Source: Blasia pusilla | Taxonomy: Eukaryota | Direction: 5' to 3' | Assembly (NCBI GenBank): GCA_050084515.1 | Contig: CM114271.1 | Span: 45,260,001 to 45,324,000, forward strand | Length of the DNA stretch: 64,000 nt | Shown here: in pieces, positions 37,860 through 50,000 of the stretch | Layout of the letters: every line of letters begins with the position of its first letter | How positions within the stretch are numbered: the first letter of the stretch is position 1 | The notes under the pieces: generated by a model | What the model saw: only the letters and a program-made list of their open reading frames with translations | Database searches by the model: none | Told to the model about the DNA's origin: nothing | Made by a program: the position numbers and the translations under genes

Positions 37860-40050
37860 TCTACTTTGTTGGAAGAGAAAACATCAAAAGAGGACAAGGA
37901 AAAGAAAAAACCCTCAAGAGGGAAGGAGGCAAGAAATGCAAAAAAAAAACTACAATAAGCCAATATAAAAACTAACTCAATGGGATACACAATTAAGAGC
38001 TTGAAACAAGTCTACGACGAACATTGATGGTTGAAAAAAATGTGAATCGACGACATTATAAGTGGCCATCAACCACTTTGGCTTGATATATCAACACCAA
38101 TACTTGCTCATGTTGCATGTACTTTTTTATAATAAGTAATGAAAATGGAGAGAGAAGGAACCACAAGAAGGAATGAGTTGATGATTCTTAAGGGAGTAGT
38201 GAGCACATCTTTTCAAGAAAGTATCAAAAGATAGATGTTATGCCAAAAAACTCCCATTATAAAAGAGATTAATCCATCGATCGCATATCTCACTCCATAA
38301 CTTGACTTCTTGATTCTTGTTGTTGCATTGGCCGCAAAACCTTTAGTTAGTGAAGAACATACCAAGTCAAAACATGATGGATCAATAACCGCCACATCAC
38401 TTGATAGATAAAAGCCACCTAAGGACATACTAGGTGATAGTATATCATCCATAACACTGTATCATGCCGTATAAGCCACAAATATTATCGCCTCTCTAAT
38501 CATATTATGGGGCGCCTTTCATTCTCCATCATGTGCACATCAAAGAATCTGGATTCCCTTGCATCTTTGGACTCCACACATACATAACAAGGCCCACCTA
38601 AAAGAAAAAGATGAGGAAGTCCGGACTTCTTCATCTTTCGTACAATTATGCATTGGATCCAATGCATTATTATTCAATTATCGAGAGTATACTCTACGAA
38701 AGACAAAATAGAAGAAGAAAATTATTTGGAGTTAGCCATGCCTCTGCTTGTGTACATACACACGAACACAAGAAAGCCCAATAAATGTCAATCGTTTCCT
38801 AAAATAAAATGCTTAAAAGGTTGATTTTGTGCAATTTCTCAAAGATGGGCTCTGGAAGTGGATCCAAACCTTAAGTAACCAGTTGATTAAAAGATGGTAT
38901 AATTATTTATGTGGAATTTCAATAAGATTCTAGGAAGATCTCAATTTTATTTTTTAATAATAGATCCCTCTCCTTGACATGGGCTACATGATCCATTAAG
39001 ATAGGTATGTCTCTTAGGAGAAACCTTGAATTCATAATAAGCTTGAACAAAGCCAAACTCCTCGAGAAAGTTGGTGATGCATATGCAAGTATGGAGGAAA
39101 GTTTCACACCTGCAAAAGAAATAAGCAAGATAACTTGTCGAGAAGCCAAGACAACGTCATCTCCATCAAAGTTATTAAAACCAAGAAGTTTAACATGCAA
39201 ATGTTATTATGATCGAAGTGTCGAAAGAGGCCAACCAATATAAGCACTTTGAGGTGGAAGGAAAAGGATAAAGAAGGTAGGAAGCACCTTGGAGAAAACA
39301 TTGGGAGAGAATCGCATAAGCAAATGGTATAATACCTCTCCGATAGCCAAAGTGTAAACACCATAAGAAGGCTTATCCATAGCAAATAAACGATAAGCTC
39401 CCAAAAGCCTAAAGATAGATTACGACAAACTATCTATTGCACTATATATACACACTATATATAAAAAAATAAATCCACTTTTGAATCTGGTTTAATAAAA
39501 AATCATGGAAACACGAAGAAATCATGATTGATAGTCCACCTACCAAGAAGTGATGAGTATGAAGAAACGCCCTTGTGAAATCCTCAAAGTCAAGTTTAAA
39601 ATTAAGATATGTTGTATAGTCTTCCACAAATTTTGATGCATCATCACTTGAAGGAGGGTAACGAGCTTCCTAGAATGCCACTCGAGTTATCATTATGTAC
39701 GTCTGCACTTGGAACTGCAAGTGAGAGAGGTCCTAATGCTCGAGCAATAAGATTAAACTAACCAACTTGTTATATTAAAGGTCTCTCCTAATGCCCTTGT
39801 GAAAACCTCAAAGTCAAGTTTAAAATCAAGATATGTTGTATAGTCTTCCACAACTTTTGATGCATCATCACTTGAAAGAGGATGAAGAGCTTCCTAGAAT
39901 GTCACTCGAGTTATCACTATGTACGTCTGTACTTGGAACTGCAAGTGAGAGAGGTCCTAATGCTCGAGCCATAAGATTAAACTAACCAACTTGTTATATT
40001 GAAGTTCTGCCATAATTTACATGATAGGTTGGATGAGCCAATTCTAAATC
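37860..40050 (-). mobile_element. Decayed CRE-like non-LTR retrotransposon (RT remnant + restriction-like endonuclease)
   Basis: Minus-strand fragments in order: DFTRAFLHTHHFLVGGLSIM, LFAMDKPSYGVYTLAIGEVLYHLL (RT RPIAVGEVLYRL-like), SDVAVIDPSCFDLV..GFAANATTRIKKSSY..LISFIMGVF (RLE-like), FDTFLKRCAH; 3' part shared with 11960-12310. Boundaries approximate. Confidence 0.75.
39569..40004. repeat. Tandem duplication, period 224 bp, inside the retroelement relic
   Basis: GCCCTTGTGAAA.CCTCAAAGTCAAG...CCAACTTGTTATATT.AAG at 39569 and 39793, few mismatches. Confidence 0.92.
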
Positions 40051-40146
40051 CACTGCTCAAAGTAAATGCTTATTCCGAAGATTCTTTCAAACCCTGAACA
40101 TACATCATCGAAGACACAAGAAGATTTTGTGATGACTCGTATCGTG

Positions 40147-40296
40147 CACATACATATTCTTACACAACATACATCGTTGTCATCATCCACACACATATAA
40201 ATACAAGATATCATACTTAATCATGATATCTAGACATATAGATGATCATGTACCAAAATATCTCCAATTAATCTCATAACACAACAAAACATTTCT

Positions 40297-40332
<36 letters not shown>

Positions 40333-40780
40333 ACATCAAACCAAACTCATTCTCTTACTAAGAGACTAAAAGGTTGGGGTTACTCGAAGGCAAGGAGGAT
40401 CACAACTCTATTCCCTTATGAAAAGAGGTTCAACAAAGAGAGAATGAGTTCTCAAGCTAACGCTCCTTGGGTATGTTGCTTCCTTCCCCTTAAGCTCTCT
40501 TCTTGGTGATTTATGCACACATGTTCCCTCCTAAGCTTTTGACATGCAATAGTGGATCAAGGACCACTCTTTAAGATGGAAATTCAATTTTATTCATAAT
40601 AGAAACTTTGCCAAAATAGTTAGTTCCTAATAGGGTTCCAAATAAGCCCAAAATAAGGAGAAATATGTTTTGTTGGGTTACCCTATTCCTCAACTGGTCC
40701 TCCCTGATCTCTTGAGGTTTTCCTCCGACCTCCTCAAAGGCACCCTATAGATACTCATGGATTCGCTTCAAAAGATGTGA
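40147..40780 (+). repeat. LTR-like interspersed repeat with internal (CT)n
   Basis: Homologous to 34080-34360 and to the reverse complement of 36545-37430; ends ...GATGTGACA. Confidence 0.6.
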
Positions 40781-43700
40781 CATCCATCGCATCTTTCCTT
40801 GAAGGGAGAACTAAAATCTATTGGCATCTATGGGATCACGTAGTAATCTTTATGGTGTGAAAAGCAATGCTTGTTGGATAATGGGACAAGCAACAATCAA
40901 AATCTGTATGTAGAGTCTAGAATGAGGGATGTAGAAATAAAAAGAGTGAAAGAGATCTTTATGGCTTAACAATGTTCAAATGATTGTTATAAAGATCGTA
41001 GTAGGAGGGGGTGTGAAGTTAGGATTGAAGGCCCATGCAGGGATTGACAATACCGATAATATCTTTTGATCCAAGTAGGAGAAAACTCTGTACCATAAGG
41101 TATGCAACCAAGTATGCAACAAACTTTAGGCATAGACATGAAACAAGAAGGATTATAAGAGGAAGAGTTGGGAGGTCAATGAGTTCATGATAAATGACGA
41201 TATGGGAACTAGTATGGTGGTAAGTAAGTTGGGGAAGGAGGAAAAGGAATCAGGGTAGAAAATATTGGAGTTGGAAGCAAGGATTAAAATAGGACATATG
41301 AGGATGGCAAAGTACTAGGATTCATTAGTAATGGACAAATATTATGATAAGTGACGAAATTGAAAGGGAAAAAAGAGATATATATATATATATATATATA
41401 GCATAATGGATGCAAGAGTTGTAGGAGGAATATGGTGAGATCTACGATAAGGATGGAAACTAAGGCAACGGTAATAATTGAAGGAGGGCTTATACAACCA
41501 AATACATAAGGGAGTAGATGTATTATCCAAGTACATGTTTATAGAACCAACATGTCATTTAAGACAAGTGGGAACATAATGAGTTGTAATAAAGTGAGTA
41601 TCTGTAATAAGAGGAGTGGGATCCATCGAGAAAATATTTAGATGAAGAGAATTTTTAGACAAAGAAAAATGTTTGATTGAAAATAACTTTAAAAATTAAA
41701 AAAAGGATTTGAACTTGAGAAAAAAAGAAGATGAAGTCACCTACATGGTATGAAAAGAAGTGGATTGGGAATATGAATCTAAAATGGACTTAATAAGATT
41801 GCAAATATCTATAAAAATATAAGAAAGGGGGCAGTAGCAAGATAAAGTGTTGAAGAATTGCTATATCCCCATAGAAGGAGGTGCAAGGTATTTTGGGAAC
41901 ACAATAGATATTCATGCGGATGTCTGTATAGAAGTTTAGGAGCTTGTGAGGATTGGAAAAAGGTTTAGGATGAGGAAGGCTTGCCAAATTGAGTCAGATA
42001 GCAATTCCATACCATAAAATTTTGGAGGAGGAGTTTGTCGAGGTTGATATAGATCTAGCCATCAATAGAAAGATTTTTGTAGTATGTACATGGTTAGAGG
42101 CCTTGCCGCATAGTCGTAGGGATTTCAGGGACATTGGATCAAGCTCATCCATAGATCTAATCTACACCTGATGAATAAATTCTCATAGTGGATCCTGTGG
42201 ATCGGGCGGGGCGATTGTTTCTCAAGTCATGATAGACAATACATCTACCTATCCACTTGTAGGAGAAGAGGTGGTGGAATCATATGCATCTACATTATGT
42301 GTATGTCCTAGTAGACAATCGTGTGGCACAATAAATGCACACTGATCGCATGGGAAGTTGTAAGTCCTATGAATTGAAAATTTTGAATTTTTTTTAATAT
42401 ATATATAACAGGATTTGATGATTTACCTCAATTTTCTCGACAATTTACCTCATTTTTGGGTGTATTTTTCAGTCATTTGTGCTTTGAACTATTATGAATT
42501 CTGATTAATTAGGAGACTTAAAAGTTATATTTCTAAGTACTTACCTAGTTCCTAACAATTGCACAATCACATTTTACTACTTTTTTTGCAAGTACTAGAA
42601 GCCACAAGTTACTTGCTGAATACTAGCACCAAACTCTCTTCTTTGTGAGTGCAACACTTAGATCATACTCTCCAAGTAGAGTTTTGGACTTAAAATTTGT
42701 ATGGCAATATATATAGTAGATAAGTTTACTCTACTTTGCGAGTCTTCTATTAACATAAGAAAATGACCTTTTTAGCTCACATTCAACTTGTGAATCGCGA
42801 GTGCAAAACTCTATTTTACAAGTGCCCCACTTACAAATTTCTGAGTTGTATGTGAGTACTTTGCAACTTTTTGGACTCACAAATAGGGCTAGTAGTGCAA
42901 GAACTTGTAATTGGGTCCAAGACGATCATACTTAAATGAACAAGATAGCAAGAATTTGTAGCCATAATACATTTGTTTATAACTCTATGCATTATCAAAG
43001 CTATTCAAGAATTGAAATATTTTCCACTATGAATGTCTAGATGATTTTGTTTCATCCAATGACTTATGCACTCTATTGCGCACTCTCTTGTGATTACATC
43101 CAATTGTATAATTAAAATATCTACTTATGTAAAAGGGCAACATACATCTCATCCATTTTTTTCACATATTAAAGAAGATTTTTGAATGATGGCGGAAATT
43201 CGCTGGATTATTTCTGATTTCTTTCGTATTAATTTCCTTGTAACTATTTTCCTCTATTCATTTCAAGAATCAGGTGCTTCTCTTTTCTTCCGAAAAGCTC
43301 GTGTTCAATAAACTAAACGGCTCCGGAAACGAAACTCCTTACACTACAAGAGAGATAACCTTTAGGGTGCACCTATCCAGAACGGTTTTCCGCGCTTTGT
43401 TGTTTGGCAACAAAGTTGGCAGCTTTTAAGTCTGTCCAACAACCACCACTAAGCAAGAGACAAAGTCTGTACGCCGTCACTCTCAATGGAGAACCGCAAA
43501 CAAAGAGTCATCAACTATGAAACCAAAAATCCAGTGCGAAACTGGCGATTCCGTTGATCCGTCACCTTCCTAATATGGAAAGGGACATGATCCAGTTAGA
43601 GCAGGCCATTGTGGAAGTACAAGACTGTGGAAGTACCCTTTTCTCCACTAAAAGCATGACAAGGTATATGACACATGTCCATATTTTTTACTTTACTTGC

Positions 43701-44253
43701 TACTTGGGGAGGGGATCCACAGCGTTCCTTCGAGGATCTTCGCTCGTTCCTCTATGAGAACATGGGAATGTCAGAGTTGCATCACCATCGGTTGTTCTGG
43801 TTCTTGATATTGGTGATATTGTTTTAGGAGTTGTAGTGCAATCGTGCCATTAATTGAAAGTATAAGATATCCTCTCCTCCTCCTCCTCCTCTTTTTCATC
43901 CTCCACTCCTACCGTAAACGGGGCCATGGGCTCTTTTGATATTTGGCTGCATTAATGATCTTTGCCTCCCGCTTTCATTTCTTTTCTCTTCTTTTGTATG
44001 GAGACTTTTCCACTCTAACTCCTACTCTCTATCGATTATTGGTGCATTTTAGACCATGGAATCCGCATCAATAGTTAGTTGTCCGCTAAGCCATGCGTTC
44101 TTGTGATGTAGGAACGGCTTCCGAATCTTTGTTGGAGGAGCTTCACGAAGTAGCGTTATAAGTTCGGCTAGTTTAGCGGAGGGGGGAGGGATGGCCGCAG
44201 ACAGAGAGAGATATGAGAATAGGTTCCCGGTCAACTACAGGGAGCCCTCCGGA

Positions 44254-44592
44254 CAAAAATGAATAAAATAGATATATGTAGAAAAAGGATGGGAAACCCA
44301 TCACGATACAAAAGAGGAGACCCAAAAAATAGACCTCAAGAGGCCGGAACTGGCCCCGAGGAGACCCCCTAACGACCTAAATCACCAACAGCAGAGACAA
44401 TGTCAGCAACACGTAGAGAACTATGACTACTACTAAGTGGGCCTCTAACATTAGCGTCTCCAACCGCCTGAGCCCGCCGCAGAAGCCCATTTGTCTGGGC
44501 GCGCTGCAAAGCTATGGAGACCCGTTGCCTACAATAAAGTATTGTAGTGGCTAAGGACAACCCATTTCTCGACTGGAGATGATGGGCGCAAA
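44254..44592 (-). mobile_element. 5'-truncated CRE-like RLE retrotransposon copy with 9-bp TSD
   Basis: Encodes CAHHLQSRNGLSLATTILYCRQRVSIALQRAQ...stop; flanked by CCCTCCGGA at 44245-44253 and 44593-44601. Confidence 0.8.
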
Positions 44593-46679
44593 CCCTCCGG
44601 AGGGGAGGGCAAGGAAAGGTGTGGTAGGTACTGTTGGGGGTTGAAGGCGGTGGCAGTTGAGAGGAGCGTATAGATGCCGCCAGTGTTCGTTCGTGATATA
44701 CGTTACGCCGGAGGAATCAACCGCTAAATTAGGAGTCTCCTTCTCCGGAGTGGCTCTAAAATAGGAGATGACGAGCTGTCGAAGTGCACATGAAACCAGC
44801 GGTAGCGAGAGATTTTGCTATAAGTGGATGAAAGATTTCTTTTTATTTCAGGTGACGAATTAATTTATATAGTTATTTGCACAATCTATATATTAATTAG
44901 GAGATGTACTTATTTTAATTGATAAGTGTCAATATTCACTCCAAAATATTTTTAGGGATCGAACAGGTAAAAAGAGTCACAGCTTAACCTGAATAATTCA
45001 AAAAATTCCGAGAATGGCTATGTCCCTTACTAGTAATAAAAAAATAGAGACAAGGATTTTTTTTCAAAAATAAAATTCATACTAAGATGTATAAAATTTG
45101 AAGAGGAAAAGAGGTATAAAATGATCACTACTTCCAGTTTTAAAGGGTGGGTAATTTAGAAGTGTGGCCCCAAACTGGATTTTGGATATATGTAAGGACA
45201 CGTGACGACCAAGGGTGGGGTGTCATAAATAAGGAAAGGTGTTAAAAATAACATAATATAACTCATACAAGTTTGATATAAAAATTAAAAAGTTTTATTT
45301 TATCACGAGATGCCTTTTTGATTTGTAAACATCCTTTTCATATGAAAAAAAAAATATTTCACAAAATAGAAAGGGAATTGTTTTTCAAAGTTGGATAGCA
45401 ACTTCATTACCTTCCTTTCATCCACTATACATTTACAAAAACTCTTCAAATATTTTTTAATTTCTTTTCTATTATTTACTAAAACTAAAACCCAAAACCG
45501 GAAAACATTTTCGGTTCCAAGAAGTGTCCACAAACGCACGCACATGACATGATGGTCCGTCTCGGGAAAACCCCTTTCCACGTCGGGGAGGCGCCGCATT
45601 TTCCCGACAGCAAGAAGCAGCTTTTAACGTTCGCGGAGGAAAAAGCGAGCCGTGCATGACTTACTGTAGGTGATAGAGAGAAAGATGATAGCTGAGTTGG
45701 CACTTTGAATATTCCCCCGGAACACTACTTGCCGAGAGCTCGCAAGATTCCAAATTTGAGGAACTCGGTAAAGGGAAGACTGTAGTATCCATTCGCATAA
45801 GATTGTTATTTGAAATTTAAAAAAAAAGGAAAAAAAAAGAATTGCAACAGTGCTACGACCACCGCCTGATTAGTATGAGCCGCGAAGAAGATTTGACAGG
45901 GGACGAGGTTGTACTGACCGGCAACGTTTACTCCCGCGCCGCCCTGCGACTTGGAGGAGGTGCAGGGCCGCCCAGCCGTATCTAAAGCTGGCCGAGGTTC
46001 TGGTGACACTTCTATTAAGTGTAGCGCCAGTGGCGAACCGTACGGAGGAGAATCATTCCGTGTGGGCCTGTCCGCCAGGTGAAATATTCCTGCAATTTCC
46101 TGGGCACGGAAGAAAGGGAAAGCGAAAGTGCCAGGAGTAGGAGAATCCCTCGGTCGGGACTGTACAGAACTTCGCGGGCGAGTGAAGTCCGCAGGAAAGG
46201 CGTGGGACAGTAGAGGCGAGGTGTCCCGACGGAGGGACGGCGGGCGGTAGAGTTACCAACCTTTGAGCGAGAGCCGGACGACTGTAGTAAGCCCACAACG
46301 TCTCGGTTGCTTTTCTCGGTTGTGGTGATTCCTCCACTCGCGTGATGGAAATGGGCTCCGTCGGAAGGACCGACAACTCCTCGGTTGCTTTTCTCAGTTT
46401 TCTCTGGTGATTTGTGCCGCGCCTGACAGAAATGGGATCCGACGGGAGGAAAGACGCGACGGGACGGAAGGGGAAGGGGAAGGGCGGAGAAAAGAGGAAG
46501 ACGGGGACATATTTTTTGCAACTCGGCGAGCGAGTGCAGTGGCTGGGGTGGTGGATGTCCACAGTCCCGTCAGGTTAGTTGCCGTCGTCGTCATTGCATA
46601 CATGCACCTTTTGGACGGGGACGGAGATTAGAGGAGAGAGAGGAGGAGGAGGAGGACGGGGGTTGGGGCAGGAACAGAG

Positions 46680-46714
<35 letters not shown>

Positions 46715-47068
46715 CAGTAATAATAATGCGCGAACGGAGGCGGGCGGGCAGCGGAGTTAATGCGAGAGGAGGAAAGAACAGCGATGGGTCACCAACCGGT
46801 GGAGCTCCAGCGAGCGACTGAGACGTAGTAGTAAGGGAAACGAGGAGGTGGAGCTGTAGAGCTATTCCATGCCATCCGTTACTGGAAGGAGTTGTGGAGG
46901 AGGGATCGGTGAGCAAATGGTGGTACTGTGGATGGGGTGGGAAGGAGATTTTGAATGAAATATGGACAAGCATGAGTTGCCAAGGGATCGTGGGACCGCA
47001 GCGGCGTCGTCCTTGGGAAATGTGGTGACCGATCGGAGCTGGTGAGGCAGGTCGGGTCCGGAAGAGAA

Positions 47069-50000
47069 ATGGAAAAGGACAAGGACAAGAACGCTACGCA
47101 GAAGACGGTAGGAGGAGGGCCTGTAAGTGAATCGAAGCTGCTAGGCATAGGCTCCGGAAGAGGAGCTGCACGCAAGCTGGGAAAGTCGAGGTTGAATGCG
47201 GAGGGATATGGTTTGGAGCCTACGATGGTATCCCCTTCCGCTGCCAGGGACGGTGTCGTCGCTACCAGCTTTCGCGAGCATGATGCCGCTTACTTCCATG
47301 CGTACTCCCATATTGGTGTCCACGAAGAGATGATTAAGGCATTTCCTTCTCCCCCATCTTTCTCCCCCTTGCCAATTATACCATCTCGTCCCTCGTGATA
47401 GCTTGAATGCTCCAATGCCTTCGATCCGAAATTGCCGATTCTAGGTTTCCATTAGCGGTGCTCTGCCTGCCGTAAGAAAAAGCTCCGGATTCGCCAGTAG
47501 TCGAGAGAGCCTTTCCTGTAGATAGAGCGAAGGAGCAGGTTGATGATGCTCTTTCTGGTCACACGATTATTTCTCACGTACGAGAAGAGATCTTCTTCCC
47601 GTCTCTTACATTTCGCACCCCTGCACATTTGCGGGAGCTGCTTGTAACAAGTGTCTCAGCTGGGTCTCTGCATTCCCCTTATTCGCAGTCCTGTCGGATC
47701 CACGGACTCGAGGAGATTCAGTTGGTTGATGGGGCTTGCACTGGAACCAAGGCATCGTTGCAAATGCAGAACTAGTCCATCCGAGAAGTGAGTGTGCAGG
47801 CCGTGATGCACTTAGTACATGCTGAACCGGGAACAAGTTTATCCTCGGCGTCTTGGGAACCTTCCATCTGCTTAACCAAGCGCACCAGTTGAATTGTTGT
47901 TCGCCCTAAGGAGTGTGACAGCGATTTAGACTGCTCTGAGTCCAGCTAATATGGCGCCTTACTGCGGGACATCTCGTGCGCCTTGGTACAAGCAGGTGAG
48001 GCAGTTCAAGCATTAAGAATTTTCACCGTAGCCTAAAGAAGTTCCATTGATGAGCTGGATTTCCTGGCGAGCTCCAAGACGAAGGCCTCTACTCTGAAAC
48101 AATCAAGAGCTGCATAAAAAATGCAGCCCTAATTTGTACCCATTACGTGGGAGACTTGGAGAACTGCCCTGCTGATAGTTGCTTCAATGGAGCTTCCGCG
48201 TTTATGTTACATCACCTCATCTCCTCACTAGTAAACATCACAAGATTCCCTCGTCTCTCCTGACTAAATGATGCTACGTTCTTACTTCTCTATTAACCAT
48301 TTATCGGAACTTTGCCAACTTTTGACGAATCGATACTGCACCAAGCGAATCGACGCATGTTTTCAACGTGGGGAAGCGACTAGCAGACGTCACTAGTGGA
48401 CACTAGGTTCTGTCTCCTGGGGCGTTGCAGTTTAACCTCTTGTTTTCGACTGACTGAATATAATTCAGGTTGATCTATTACGTTTGTGGTCTAAGTTGCC
48501 TTGTCCTGTGTCTCCCTTTGTGCTTAACAGGATCGGACACGCACAGATGCTTATCGGGATGCGATTTTCATGCACAGTGATTCGATTCGCGACAAGGTAA
48601 GGCTCGAGACCGTGGTCTTGAGCAGCTCCGTTGGTTGCTTTTCAATCACGGAAGGTCACGGCAAGTTAAGTTGGAGGTTGGAAGGCGACATTCTTTGGTC
48701 AAGTTTTAGGGTTTATATCAGTTGACTAACACGAGAACTTGCACCCCTCGTGAGAAACTACTTTAGACGCTCTACTTTAATATGAAGGTCTTGTACTCCG
48801 GAACTATGATGTGCTCGTTGGTTGTCGCTTATTCTGCGCACGTTGACTCCGTAGAATATTTTGAGGGGGGTTCAGTAAACGCGTAATTCAGCATCTTTAG
48901 TGTACTGATTAGAAAATGTAGTCTCAACGCACTGTAATCAAGGGCCATTAGGGGTCGGATCATGATGTGTGAAGAAGTCTGGTGGTAGCTGTAATTCAGT
49001 GACCACCTGCGAGGTCATCAAGATCGGAGCACAGTGAAACAACTCTGCATTTTCCAGCATTGAGCTGGAATTTTAGGGGTGACTTGGTTTATGTTGGTTA
49101 ATTGGTGATATAGCTCCATCGCTTGATGTGGAAGAGGTGATTCCTTTCACTGAGTTCGTAGTGTGGAATATGTAGTCGATTCACTTTGACCATGAAGTCC
49201 CAGTGCCCGTCCTAACTGTGTACACGAAATTTTTGCAGGTGGTGGTCGATGTGGGATGTGGTACTGGCATCTTATCCATATTCTGTGCTTTTGCCGGGGC
49301 GCGCAAGGTAATTTCTCTTTCCAGATGAGAAATACTCACATTAGCTCAGCTGAAGGCCGTGTGCCCAAGTGGTTGGCAGTGAAGGATCGTTCTAACATTA
49401 AGGGAAGTTATGGCTATCATATTGATATGGCTATCATATCGTCATGTTATATCTTGTGTCCACCCTGCTTTCCATTGGAGTCTGCTTTTGTTTCGTCTCT
49501 TGGATGTGGCTGAATCTATCATAAAGAGATCTTCATAATTCTTTCAGAGGTCATTTGAGTTCCGTATGTGTGTTACTCTTCTTGGACAGGTCTACGCAGT
49601 TGACGCCAGCGATATTGCTGTCCAGGTAATATGTTCAACCTGCTTAGCTTGCGTCTGAGGAGTCATTTGCACTGTCATCAAATAGTCGCTTTGTTACCAT
49701 TTACATCCAGGGATAGACCACATGAAAATTATCCCAAACTTTTGATCTATCGAGAGATGAGCTGACTTGCAGCAAGTCATTGAGCTCCTTGATGAGCTCA
49801 TCTCTGTGTATTGTTTGGAATCGCAGGCACAAGAAGTAGTGAAGGCCAACGGACTCTCAGAAATAATTACTGTCATTCTTGGCCGAGTTGAGGTAGGATG
49901 CCTGCTTGGGCATTAGTGAATGCTCTCTTTCAAGAGAGCATTCACTAATTTGTCCATTGATGGGGCTGTAATATAAATGGAAGTTCGTTTTTTCCATAGA

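Noticed and set aside
39569-40004. Direct repeats as a CRISPR-like array or LTR pair
   Set aside because: Two adjacent long units inside a retroelement relic; a simple tandem duplication in a eukaryote.
40850-42300. Purine-skewed region, possibly a very old LINE on the minus strand
   Set aside because: No convincing protein motif could be read.
46015-46562. Overlapping 168/169-aa minus-strand ORFs upstream of PRMT6
   Set aside because: GC-rich promoter region with a small internal duplication; ORFs in several frames and no motif.
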